From Myxococcota bacterium (GTDB taxonomy: Bacteria; Myxococcota_A; SURF-8): a DNA stretch of 64,000 nucleotides. The stretch spans positions 384,001-448,000 of the forward strand of contig CAXXQS010000002.1 of assembly GCA_963674735.2 (NCBI GenBank). Reading direction: 5' to 3'. Position 1 is the first letter of the stretch, and the number at the start of each line of letters is the position of its first letter. Under the pieces are notes generated by a model. The model had not been told where the DNA came from. It saw only the letters and a program-made list of their open reading frames with translations, and did not search any database. The translations under genes were made by a program, and so were the position numbers. Below are positions 1 to 9,579 of this stretch, one piece after another.

Positions 1-1446
1 CAATCCCTGGCCGCCCATGGGGATTTCGAGGTGCGCGAATGCCTGCCCTGGAAGGAACACGGCGTCACGCGCGGACCCGACGGAAAGAACTACTCCTTGT
101 ACGGACCGATGCATTCCCTGCTGTTCGTCCCCATGATCTTAGCGACGGAGGCTCTCGAACTCGATCAGGGCGATCCGAACGCGTTCGTTCCCCCCAGCCA
201 ATACGTAGATAACGGCGTGCTATATTTCATGCAGAAGACCGCCCCTCCCGATCCGACCCCGCATCGTCTGCGGTTTATCGCCTCGTTCCTCAATCCGCTT
301 TTGGCGGCCTTGACGGTGCTTTTGCTGTTTCTCTGCCTGCATGCCATGCGCCTGCCCAACAGCGTGGCCACGGCCGGAGCCCTGGCCTTCGGTCTCGGGA
401 CGCTCTGGTGGCCTTACGCCGGTACCGCTTTCAGCGAAGTCCCCGCCACGTTTTTCGCGCTGGCGTCCTTCACCTGCCTGGTGCGCCGCGACCGGACCTT
501 CACGCGCCGCATTCCGCGTAAGCTGTCCGGCTGCTTCGCCTTGTCGGGCTTACTGATCGGACTGGCCTTCGCCGTCCATATCACGGCGGCGTTTTTCGTT
601 CCCTTTATCGGGCTCTACGCCCTTTACATCGCCGTGACGGCAACACCGCGTCTGCTACGCGTGTTACGTCCCTGCCTGTTCTGGCTGAGCGGCTTCGCAG
701 TCGGATTCGGTTTATGGGGCATCACCAACGCCATGCGCTTCGGCAGCTTTTTCGAAACCGGTCGCACCGTTACCGCCGAGCAGGCCAAAGTGTATGCCCA
801 CGGCGGTCTGACGGCTCCCTGGCAAGGGATTTTCGGCTTGTTGTTCTCAAGCGGGCGCGGACTCGTGTGGTACGCGCCGCTGGCCCTGTTGGCGCTGGGC
901 GGCTTCCGCGTACTCCTGCGCCGCCACCCGGCCCTGTCGGTGATTCTGGCCGCCATGATGCTCACCCGCTTTTTCGTCTGCAGCTCCCTGGTTTTCTGGC
1001 ACGGCGGCTTTGCCCTCGGCCCCCGCTACCTGGTAATGCTGCTTCCGTTCGTTTTCATACCCGCCGCCGTCTGGCTAACCGAGCAACGCACCGCCGAACG
1101 GTCCTGGTCCTGGTATCTGGTCACGCTGGCGGTTGTGGCGGCCAGCGTTCAGCAATTGTATTTCGCGCTCGGCGAAATCTTCACCTTCTATCATACGCTC
1201 GTTTACAACGCCTCCCGGGTCGGCGTCAGCTTGCTGGCGCACAATCGTCTGTATCTCGACTGGGATTTCACGCCCCTGACCCAGCTGCACAACATTCCCC
1301 CGGCTCCGTTCTGGGCACAGCCGCTCGACCTCCCCATGCTCACCCTGTGGATCATCGCAGCGCCGCTGACCGGAGCGGCGGTCGCCACGATCTTTACCTG
1401 GTTGTGGCGTCGACGCCGTTCGCTGGACACACAGGAACCGCTGTAA
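1..1446 (+). CDS. GT-C fold integral membrane glycosyltransferase (ArnT/PMT-like), 5'-truncated by window edge
   Basis: Frame is open from base 1. Many TM helices, with motifs FSE, G..GLLFS.GRG...YAP and W.GG...GPRYL typical of polyprenol-phosphate-sugar dependent transferases. Confidence 0.7.
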   Translation, partial: QSLAAHGDFEVRECLPWKEHGVTRGPDGKNYSLYGPMHSLLFVPMILATEALELDQGDPNAFVPPSQYVDNGVLYFMQKTAPPDPTPHRLRFIASFLNPLLAALTVLLLFLCLHAMRLPNSVATAGALAFGLGTLWWPYAGTAFSEVPATFFALASFTCLVRRDRTFTRRIPRKLSGCFALSGLLIGLAFAVHITAAFFVPFIGLYALYIAVTATPRLLRVLRPCLFWLSGFAVGFGLWGITNAMRFGSFFETGRTVTAEQAKVYAHGGLTAPWQGIFGLLFSSGRGLVWYAPLALLALGGFRVLLRRHPALSVILAAMMLTRFFVCSSLVFWHGGFALGPRYLVMLLPFVFIPAAVWLTEQRTAERSWSWYLVTLAVVAASVQQLYFALGEIFTFYHTLVYNASRVGVSLLAHNRLYLDWDFTPLTQLHNIPPAPFWAQPLDLPMLTLWIIAAPLTGAAVATIFTWLWRRRRSLDTQEPL

Positions 1447-1600
1447 ATATTTCGCCGCGCCGCGGCCATTACGAGAATCCTCGCGCCTCTTATCGTCCAT
1501 CAAAGGCACGCTGTCGGCCTTCGAAAACAGATCGGCTCGCCCCTTTTCAATTTTCTTGAAAAGACTCATGGAATCCCCCCGGGGATGTATGGATTATTTG

Positions 1601-1825
1601 CTAGTAGTTTTCGTAGTGCTGGTTGTAAAGCTCAGGACTGAATGGCGAAAAAACATAATCACCATTCTGGCCATCCACTACCGTATCGTGCGGTGTGTCA
1701 TTGAAATAAAACGTTTCGGGTATCCCGCCAGGAAAAGCCAAGCATCTTCCTATCATTTTTTGCTTATTTTCATCGAAATACTGACGCTGCAGGTGCTCGC
1801 ATGCTGAGCACTGGTCACCGAGCAT
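1601..1825 (-). CDS. Small Cys/His protein (CxxCxH...CxAFPxGIP...H...G), 74 aa
   Basis: ATG preceded by GGAGGG Shine-Dalgarno, protein-like motif, visibly more AT-rich than neighbours. Confidence 0.75.
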   Translation of the reverse strand: MLGDQCSACEHLQRQYFDENKQKMIGRCLAFPGGIPETFYFNDTPHDTVVDGQNGDYVFSPFSPELYNQHYENY

Positions 1826-1938
1826 TTTTCAATCCCTCCATAGCTTTGCGCCATACAGGACAAAAGCAGCGGCATTGCGTTCCGCACACTTCTCGCAACG
1901 AACGGTGCTCGCCGCCACATCGGGCTCCGCGTGCCGTT

Positions 1939-4900
1939 TCAGTCGAAACGTCGCCGCCGCACAGCCGCAACCAGGAACAGCAGGATGCCCAGCAACCCGA
2001 ACGGACCCGCCGGGGCATGCGCACATCCGCCGCCGCCTTCATCTTCGTCCGGGCAAGCGCCGGTCACGTTGGGATCGTTGTCGTCGCAATCGGGGCCCAG
2101 ACAATCGGTGCCGACACCGTAGAAATCGTTGTCGTTGTCGATACAATCGATGGTGTCATCCCCATCGGTCGCGGGGGAATCACCATCCGTATCGCTGCAG
2201 GTGGTCACGATTATCGTCACCTCGCTCGGCTGGGAGGTGCCCCCCTCGAAGGTATCGCTTACCGTCAGTTTGAAGGTCACCTCGCCGGTATCGAAGGCCG
2301 TAAACGTGGGCTTGACGGCCTCGTTGCTGGGTTCGAGATCGCTGTCGGCCAACCCGATGGTATTGTTGTTCTCGTCCACCCGCCAAGTATAGAAAATCGG
2401 ATGCCCATCATCATCGAAGGAGGAGGATCCATCCAGTTGAACGCTGGTATTGACACACACTTCCTGATCTTGGCCCGCAATCGCTACCGGCGTCGTGTTG
2501 GCACCGGCCTTCAGCGTGACCTGATGGTAACAGCTCTCGAACCCATCGAAAGCACGGAAGCGGAACACATACTCCCCGGTTGTCAGCGGCTGCACCCAGG
2601 CGGCGATTTTATCGGCATCGTGAATGGCCACTTCGGCCACCGAATCATCCAGGATCTGGGTCCATTCGTACTCCAGTTCCTGCCCCTCGTCGGGATCGTA
2701 GGTGCCGTCCGCATCGAGATCGACCACGTCCCCCACAACCGCCGTCAGATCGTCATTTTCGACATCGCAGACAGGCGTCGAGTTGTCCTGCGCGAGCACT
2801 TCCACTTTCAGATCCAACGGCAAGCTGGGCGATCCGCTTTGCACGTCCCACACGACCAGCCGAAACACATATGTCTGCCCGAAAACATCGGGAGTGAAGC
2901 TGACCACCGAATCCGTCCAGGTCGACAACGCAACCGGAGGACCGCTCAACTGCGACCATTCAAAACTCAAGTCGCGGTCCGACGGCGTCGAGCCGCTGGC
3001 GTCCAAGGTGATGGTTTCGTAGGGATCGACCGTCAGTGAACCGGTAAAGGGATCCATGTCCGCCACCACGACACTGGGAGCGACACTTCCAACGGCCGCC
3101 ACGGCGACGACCACCTCGTCCGGCAGAGACGTCAACGCACCATCGTCGGCGGTGACTTCAAAGCGGTAGAGACCCGGTTTGAAAGCCACGAATGACGGGG
3201 CATTCGTCAAATTGCCCACCAACGCCACCGGTACGCCGCCGGTCTGCCGCCAAGCGTAACTCAAGGGCATCTGCTCGGGATCATCGCCGGTTGCGTGCAA
3301 ATAAATCTGCGTATAAACCGTCCGCGGGGCTTGCGACACCACCGCCAGGCTGGCCACATCGTCGAGTCCGGCATTGACCGTAGGGGGCTCGTTGGTGAGA
3401 TCGCCGACCAGAACAGAACGGACCGCCGACCGGCTTTCATAATCGCCGTTCGATACTTTCAGGGCGAAACGATAGAGACCGGGGGTGTCGGTGGTGGCGC
3501 GCAGCAGGTGTTCCTCGCCATCGTAGCTGCCCCAATCGAACTGGTTGCCGTCGAGTGGACCCTCGATGTAACTCCACACATATTCCAGGTCTTCGCGACT
3601 GAAGCGATTGACGCTGGCCGAGCCGTCGAGCACGAACTCGGTCCCCACCACTTGCGGGCTCAGCGGCAATATCGCCGCATAGGGAATGGCGGTTTCGTTC
3701 TCGGGATCGAGCACTTCGACGGCCATCGAGGTCAGCTCGCTGCTCATTTCACCATCATCGACCACCAGATCAAAGGTGTATATTCCGATGTTGAAGGGTA
3801 TGAACGACACCAGTGCCGCGGTCGTATCGTCGAGGACGTCCTTGTAATCCGTCCAGGAATAACTCAACTCGGTATCGTTGGCGTTGTAATCCCCCGAACC
3901 GGCGGCGGCGATTTCAACCACAGAACCGGGCAGGTAGTTACGGTCACCGGGTAGAATCGCCCCCGGCTGAACATTGGCGATTTCCACATCCACCAAACAA
4001 GCCGGTCCCTCGCCCCAATCGTTTTCCAACGTCAATTCGAAACGGTAGGTTCCGGAATCCGTCGTGGCGAAACAGGATTTCGGGAGTTCGGGATCCGTCG
4101 TTTTATCTCCCATAAAAACATCCACCGGGCCGGACGACTGTTGCCAGTGATAGGCCAGTTGCTGACTTCCGGGGTTTTGCGTGATATTGGCAACCAAACA
4201 GTTTTTACCCGGCAAAGCGCTGATAACGGGAACGCCACCATCGCCGCCGAAACTGCACTTGGCCACCACGTTGGGCGGAGCGACGTGAATGGTATGCTCG
4301 CAGCAGTCGGACAGTCCGGCGGCATCGCGCACACACAGCTTAACGGTATGGTCGCCGATGTCATTGGTGGTGGGTGTCCATTCGAAACGGCCACCGCTGA
4401 TCTGCATGCCGGATACGGCATCTTCCAGGTAGAAGGTCAGAAGCTCGAAAGCGCAGCGCCGGTCGGGATCGTATACATCGATTTCAGTGAAATAAAACTC
4501 CTCCGCATCCGTGGTCGCTTCCTGCGCACAACTCGTAATTTCGGGTGGATCGTTGATGTTTTTCACCAGAATGTGGTAGTCCAGAACACCGCTGATTCCT
4601 CCGTCGTCGTCCTGGACGGTCATCACGACCTGATGCTCGGCGGCAGGCGATCCGCCGCAATCCACATCCTGCTGTCCCGGATACCATTCGAGCAGACCGG
4701 AATTTTCATTGCAGGTCATTCCCGGCGGCGTTTTGACACAGTTGAAAAGCAGGTTTTCGGCATCCTGCTCCGACGGCTCGTTGACGATCTGTCGCGCGTT
4801 GAAAATATAATTGGCCCGCTCGAAAACTTCCGTGGGTCCGGCCGACGCGGTCCAGCTCGGCGCCACATTGTCGACCACCACTTCAACCACCGAAAATGCG

Positions 4901-6864
4901 GTGTCCCCCTCCACACATTGTGAAGCTCCGTCTTCATCCTCGACACACAGGGCCATGAAAATAGGATCGTCGTTCGGACCTTCATCGAAAATCGCGGGCA
5001 AAGCGCCAAGACCGCTGGGGCAGTCGTCGGCGATCCCGCACTCGGCAAAAGACACGAAGCTGCAGACACCGGCATCGCAGGTGGAAACATAATTCTCGTA
5101 ATCGGGAGCGAAAGTCGGCGACAGATAATTGTCGTCCCAGCTCACGCGGGTCAGTCGGCCGCCCGGCGCAATCTCCGAATTCTCGGCGCTGAAAATCACC
5201 TCTTCCCCTTCATCCACATGCACCACGCCTTCCAATCCGGCCGGCGTGATAATCGCGGTGGGGGGCTTATCGATGATCACGACTCCGATACTGGCGATGG
5301 AGGTCATCGTTTCCGCATCGGTAATACGCACAGCGACGTTGGCGGTGGTGATTTCGTCCCACTGATGCGTCACCAGCAGAAGATCGACATCCTGTTCATC
5401 CGCATCGAAAAACTCCGGTTCGCCGCCGTAGTCGAAATCCCATTCCACATAAACAATGTCGTCGGTATTGCCGCCCACATCTTCGACCCGGAAAACCCCC
5501 GTATCGCCTTCCTGCAATTCCGACGGGCCATCGATTTCGGCCAAAGGTGCAATATCCGTAACCGTAACCGACACTTCGGTGAAGTCGTCAGACGGCTCGC
5601 CGACGGTGGAATCGTCGTCCACCACGCGTACTCGCACAACAAATTCACCATCATCGGGCCAGGCGTGGTCGCGAATCGCATAGCCGCTATCGGAAGGCAA
5701 CGAATTGAAACTACCGTCGTAGGTCCAGTCCCATTCGTACCCGGCGATGCTGCCCGGTGTCGCCGACGACCCCGAAGCGTCGAAACGCAACGGTTTGCCC
5801 TCTTCGATCTCATAGGGCGCATCGAGAATCGAGTTGTCCCCGGCGGCGCGAACGATCAGAGCCGCCTCCGGTAAAACATTCAACGGCGTAACCGCCAACG
5901 TACCCAGACTCGTGCGATCCTGATCATCGGTCACCAACAACGCCACAATGTATTCCCGGGCGTCGTTGAACGCGTGGGATACGCTGGTTTGTCCGTCATA
6001 AGCCGGATCCGCCACAAATTCCTGGCCATCGTAGTCCATATCCCACTGACGATCGACGATCGGAGACGCGGAAGGGAGGGTGTTATCCAGGAACAGGGCC
6101 TGAGCGCCCTCGTTGAAATCTTCGCCGGGGCCGGTAATGCGCGCCCAAGGACCATTCGGAATCACATTGACGATCAGGCTGGTGTAGGTCACGCCACGCG
6201 GACTGTCGTCGTCTTTTACACGCAGACCGACGATTTTGGTTCCGTATTCGGTCCAACGATGATCCTGAAAGGGAGCCGCCTGTATCTGCACACCCGGACA
6301 GGCGTCGAAATTGGCTTCGATACCATCCCAATCCCAACACCAGTCATAATAATCGATGCCGCCGGATCGGTCGGAGGATTCCTCGGCGTTGAAAGTGTAA
6401 TACGTGTTGATAAAGACGGACATTTCGAAGTATTGCGGTTCATTGGCAATATCGAGTCCGTATACCACGGCCTCGGGTAGCTCGTTTTGGATTTCGACGT
6501 AGAGGGTGTCGGAGTCCGTTTCACTGTAGGCGTCACGAACCGTCAACGTCACCGGCCAGCCATCGGGATTGACCGTCGGATTGTGCGGATGAATGAAGAT
6601 ATGCTCGGGATTGGCTTGTGTGGTGGTACTCGTCCCATCCCCGAAATCCCAGGTATAGCCAAGAGGTTGATCTCCGGTGGAATCACTGCCCCGAAACAAG
6701 ATGCTATCCCCCTCCCAACCGAGACAGGGGCTGGTTATGCACTCCGCTACCGCTTGAGCCGGAATTTCGGCCTGAAGAGCGAGGGGAAAGAATGTAGCGA
6801 TCATGATCAGCAGGGTCGGGACCATACCGGACCGCAGCCGCGGGCTACCCATATTGAGACTCAT
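1939..6864 (-). CDS. Large surface protein with PKD/cadherin-like repeats and MYXO-CTERM sorting tail
   Basis: Signal peptide, repeated YTWDFGDG / Y.W.Q..GP PKD-like motifs, metal-binding motif DCDDNDP, C-terminus GGGGC + hydrophobic helix + RRRR. Start moved from 6945 to ATG 6864 (AAGGAG SD). Confidence 0.88.
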   Translation of the reverse strand: MSLNMGSPRLRSGMVPTLLIMIATFFPLALQAEIPAQAVAECITSPCLGWEGDSILFRGSDSTGDQPLGYTWDFGDGTSTTTQANPEHIFIHPHNPTVNPDGWPVTLTVRDAYSETDSDTLYVEIQNELPEAVVYGLDIANEPQYFEMSVFINTYYTFNAEESSDRSGGIDYYDWCWDWDGIEANFDACPGVQIQAAPFQDHRWTEYGTKIVGLRVKDDDSPRGVTYTSLIVNVIPNGPWARITGPGEDFNEGAQALFLDNTLPSASPIVDRQWDMDYDGQEFVADPAYDGQTSVSHAFNDAREYIVALLVTDDQDRTSLGTLAVTPLNVLPEAALIVRAAGDNSILDAPYEIEEGKPLRFDASGSSATPGSIAGYEWDWTYDGSFNSLPSDSGYAIRDHAWPDDGEFVVRVRVVDDDSTVGEPSDDFTEVSVTVTDIAPLAEIDGPSELQEGDTGVFRVEDVGGNTDDIVYVEWDFDYGGEPEFFDADEQDVDLLLVTHQWDEITTANVAVRITDAETMTSIASIGVVIIDKPPTAIITPAGLEGVVHVDEGEEVIFSAENSEIAPGGRLTRVSWDDNYLSPTFAPDYENYVSTCDAGVCSFVSFAECGIADDCPSGLGALPAIFDEGPNDDPIFMALCVEDEDGASQCVEGDTAFSVVEVVVDNVAPSWTASAGPTEVFERANYIFNARQIVNEPSEQDAENLLFNCVKTPPGMTCNENSGLLEWYPGQQDVDCGGSPAAEHQVVMTVQDDDGGISGVLDYHILVKNINDPPEITSCAQEATTDAEEFYFTEIDVYDPDRRCAFELLTFYLEDAVSGMQISGGRFEWTPTTNDIGDHTVKLCVRDAAGLSDCCEHTIHVAPPNVVAKCSFGGDGGVPVISALPGKNCLVANITQNPGSQQLAYHWQQSSGPVDVFMGDKTTDPELPKSCFATTDSGTYRFELTLENDWGEGPACLVDVEIANVQPGAILPGDRNYLPGSVVEIAAAGSGDYNANDTELSYSWTDYKDVLDDTTAALVSFIPFNIGIYTFDLVVDDGEMSSELTSMAVEVLDPENETAIPYAAILPLSPQVVGTEFVLDGSASVNRFSREDLEYVWSYIEGPLDGNQFDWGSYDGEEHLLRATTDTPGLYRFALKVSNGDYESRSAVRSVLVGDLTNEPPTVNAGLDDVASLAVVSQAPRTVYTQIYLHATGDDPEQMPLSYAWRQTGGVPVALVGNLTNAPSFVAFKPGLYRFEVTADDGALTSLPDEVVVAVAAVGSVAPSVVVADMDPFTGSLTVDPYETITLDASGSTPSDRDLSFEWSQLSGPPVALSTWTDSVVSFTPDVFGQTYVFRLVVWDVQSGSPSLPLDLKVEVLAQDNSTPVCDVENDDLTAVVGDVVDLDADGTYDPDEGQELEYEWTQILDDSVAEVAIHDADKIAAWVQPLTTGEYVFRFRAFDGFESCYHQVTLKAGANTTPVAIAGQDQEVCVNTSVQLDGSSSFDDDGHPIFYTWRVDENNNTIGLADSDLEPSNEAVKPTFTAFDTGEVTFKLTVSDTFEGGTSQPSEVTIIVTTCSDTDGDSPATDGDDTIDCIDNDNDFYGVGTDCLGPDCDDNDPNVTGACPDEDEGGGGCAHAPAGPFGLLGILLFLVAAVRRRRFD

Positions 6865-6954
6865 CGAATCTACTCCTTGTGCCGACTCAGCGAAGGATGA
6901 TGGATTTTTAGGCGGCGAGCCATACTTTGGCATCCTGTCTACCATAGACTGTTT

Positions 6955-6983
6955 ATGATAGTCAGGTATTCATGGAAAGTCAA
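6955..6983 (-). promoter_or_regulatory. Putative sigma-70 promoter of the MYXO-CTERM gene
   Basis: TTGACT-17 bp-TATCAT on minus strand. Confidence 0.55.
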
Positions 6984-7023
6984 AGGTTTCACGCTGTTAC
7001 CCTGGTTTCGAATAAGGGGCGGA

Positions 7024-7064
7024 AAACAGAAAAATCCTAGAAGAACCGGCCGTTCTTCTAGGAT
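7024..7064 (-). terminator. Intrinsic terminator
   Basis: Perfect 13-bp stem ATCCTAGAAGAAC/GTTCTTCTAGGAT followed by TTTTCTGTTTT on minus strand, just after the stop at 7092. Confidence 0.8.
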
Positions 7065-7091
7065 AATGATAGTGAATCTATTTGATATTAC

Positions 7092-9419
7092 TCAGTCTTC
7101 TTCCACCGTTAACGTGTAAGAGCCGGACGAACCCGAGCTGTAGCCATCCACCACGATGTAAACATAGCCGCTATTGCTGACGTCGAAATAGATGACCTCC
7201 GGGAACATGGTGATTTCATCATCGGCTCCCAAGCACACATCGACATCGTTGGCACAGGGAGAGCGCACCGACAAAACCGCGTCGAAATCGGTGTCGACAC
7301 GAACTTCGTAGCTGCCTCCGGCCGTCACTTCCAGCGCGTAGACATGCTCCGGACCCGAACCGCCGTAGATGTTACCGAATCCATTGACATCCTCGCAGCC
7401 ATCGGCATCCAGCGAACTGGCCGCCCCATTGGTGCTATCAGTGACGCTATATGGCAACGAACCGATCATGAACGGGCCGTCGCAGGTGCCGGGTGCGCCG
7501 GTGCAATAACAGATATCCATCCCCGACTCGGTGTTGGCATCGCAGGAATCGTAGCCTTCATACCCACCATCGGCGCAAACCTGCTGGCAGGGATGCAGCG
7601 CCAACTGGCCGTTATCACATACGCACAAGCTATCTCCATAGCAGGTAAACGGATAATCCTCCGTGCAGGAACCGGAACAGGACTCGCTATCACCATCGGT
7701 ATCATCGCCGTCGGTATCATCGCCGTCGGTGTCACCATCGACCGGATTGCAGGCATCCACTTCCCAGTCGCAGGCACCGCCGCAATCGCAAATCTGATCA
7801 TCGCCCCAACCACAGGGATCGCCTTCGGCACAACACGAATTACTGCCGGTATAGCCATCACAGAAAGGTAGACAATAACAGATATCCTCACCGGTATCGG
7901 GGTTGTCGCCGCAACGCGACGCATCGGCGTAGTCGGCCTCGCGGCAGATGGTTCCGCAGTTTTCCAGCATCAACTCGCCGCTGTCACAACTGCATAGATT
8001 GTCTTCGCCCACGCAGGTGAGCGGATAGGTATCGGTATCGCAGAAACCTTCGCATTCCGCACCGCTACCGCCACAGGTGCCGCTTACCGGCACGCAATAA
8101 GACGAAAGCACACCCGTTTCGATGCACTGGAAGCCGCTGGGGCAGCTCATGCCCGAGAACAAACCGCAATTGGTCGCGCAGCCGCCCTGCAAGCAGGTGG
8201 TGTCCAGTAGGCTTCCACAGTCGAAGGCGCTGGTGCAGGGCGAACAGAGCACATAGACGCACAGACCGGTGAACGTTTCGCAAATTTCGCCCGGCTGGCA
8301 ATCACTATGGGCCGAACATCTCACTGGAATATCGCCATCGGTGGGATCGTCGCCGTCAATCGGACCATCCTCGCAAGAATTGGTGGTGGGCCAACACTGG
8401 CTGACGGTATCGGAGATGTGTTTGCAATAGGTGTTGACAGCCGCACACGCCTGCCCATGCGCACAGTCGGTGCCGCAGAAGGTTCCCCCGCTTGCATCGG
8501 CAATACACATATCGAAAACACCCCCGCATTCGCCATCATAGCTACAGGATTCACACAAACCCAGCCCCGGTTCCACGACTTCATCGCTATCGCCATCCGA
8601 ATCATCGCCGTCCGTCTGTTCATCGCTGCAATAACCGCTCACCGGTTGACATTGCGAGCTGACGACATCGCCGGTTCCGCTGAAGATATCGGAGCAGCGA
8701 TAATTCTGCGGGCAATCCGGCTCCCCTTCTCCGCAAAAGCGCATACAGAATTTGCGGCCCGACAGATCTTCCATGCAGTAATCTTTGAGATTTTCGTTGC
8801 AATCGGGATCCGATTCACACTCGTTGCACAGGTTGCCGAGGGGAATATCGCCATCCGGGTCGTCGCCATCCGGATCGTCGCCATCGGAGTTGTCGCCATC
8901 CGGGTCGTCGCCATCGGGGTTGTCCCAGGCTTCGCAATATCCTTCCACGCAATGGTACCCGTTGGGACAATCGCGGCTATCTTCGCAACTTTGCTTTTCA
9001 TTGGAGGTATCGCCATCCCCGGAACCCGGGACATCGACGGTGACACAGATCCCGTTTTCAAGATCGCAGATCTGACCGGTGGGGCAATCGGCGTGGGACT
9101 GGCACGAAACCGAGGGCGTCCCGTCGATCTCGATGCATTGGCCGTTGAGGCAATCGTAACCGTCGGGGCACTCCTCCCAGGTCGTACAGCTCTGAGCCGG
9201 TTCGCAACGTTCCCCGATGCAAGAATAACCGACCGGACAATCCGTATCGTTACTGCAGAAAACGGATGTTTCGCACAACCCGGCATTGCAAAATTCTCCA
9301 ACGGAGCAATCCAGGTCCGTGGAGCAGCTCGTGCCGCCAATCTCGTCATCGGAGCAGGAACCGACGAACAATGCCATAAAAAGCAATCCCATCAACAGTG
9401 CAACCTGTCGATACATCAT
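7092..9419 (-). CDS. Cys-rich acidic lipoprotein (Dickkopf-like Cys modules, DGDxP linkers, C-terminal PPC-like domain)
   Basis: Lipoprotein signal (FVGSC), many C-x4-DC-x2-G-x2-C-x2-G-x-C units, C-terminal GYVYIVVDGY...YTLTV. Start could be 9422, 9419 or 9416. Confidence 0.85.
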   Translation of the reverse strand: MMYRQVALLMGLLFMALFVGSCSDDEIGGTSCSTDLDCSVGEFCNAGLCETSVFCSNDTDCPVGYSCIGERCEPAQSCTTWEECPDGYDCLNGQCIEIDGTPSVSCQSHADCPTGQICDLENGICVTVDVPGSGDGDTSNEKQSCEDSRDCPNGYHCVEGYCEAWDNPDGDDPDGDNSDGDDPDGDDPDGDIPLGNLCNECESDPDCNENLKDYCMEDLSGRKFCMRFCGEGEPDCPQNYRCSDIFSGTGDVVSSQCQPVSGYCSDEQTDGDDSDGDSDEVVEPGLGLCESCSYDGECGGVFDMCIADASGGTFCGTDCAHGQACAAVNTYCKHISDTVSQCWPTTNSCEDGPIDGDDPTDGDIPVRCSAHSDCQPGEICETFTGLCVYVLCSPCTSAFDCGSLLDTTCLQGGCATNCGLFSGMSCPSGFQCIETGVLSSYCVPVSGTCGGSGAECEGFCDTDTYPLTCVGEDNLCSCDSGELMLENCGTICREADYADASRCGDNPDTGEDICYCLPFCDGYTGSNSCCAEGDPCGWGDDQICDCGGACDWEVDACNPVDGDTDGDDTDGDDTDGDSESCSGSCTEDYPFTCYGDSLCVCDNGQLALHPCQQVCADGGYEGYDSCDANTESGMDICYCTGAPGTCDGPFMIGSLPYSVTDSTNGAASSLDADGCEDVNGFGNIYGGSGPEHVYALEVTAGGSYEVRVDTDFDAVLSVRSPCANDVDVCLGADDEITMFPEVIYFDVSNSGYVYIVVDGYSSGSSGSYTLTVEED
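8848..8922. repeat. 15-bp coding tandem repeat (DGDDP)x5
   Basis: Repeated (a/g)tcgccatcnggrt units encoding PDGDDPDGDNSDGDDPDGDDPDGD. Confidence 0.8.
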
Positions 9420-9498
9420 CACTCACCTCATCTCTGGTTAACCCTGGCACGTCCTGAAGAGACAGTATACCAAAATTTCGTTCGTTTGGCGTAATGAA

Positions 9499-9527
9499 AT
9501 CATAACCGAGATAATGCGGTGTGTCAA
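9499..9527 (-). promoter_or_regulatory. Putative sigma-70 promoter
   Basis: TTGACA-17 bp-TATGAT on minus strand, about 80 nt upstream of the lipoprotein start. Confidence 0.65.
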
Positions 9528-9579
9528 AGTCGTTTTGCGCTGAATGCGCCGTTTTCGTTTTTCCGATTTCGAACCGGCT

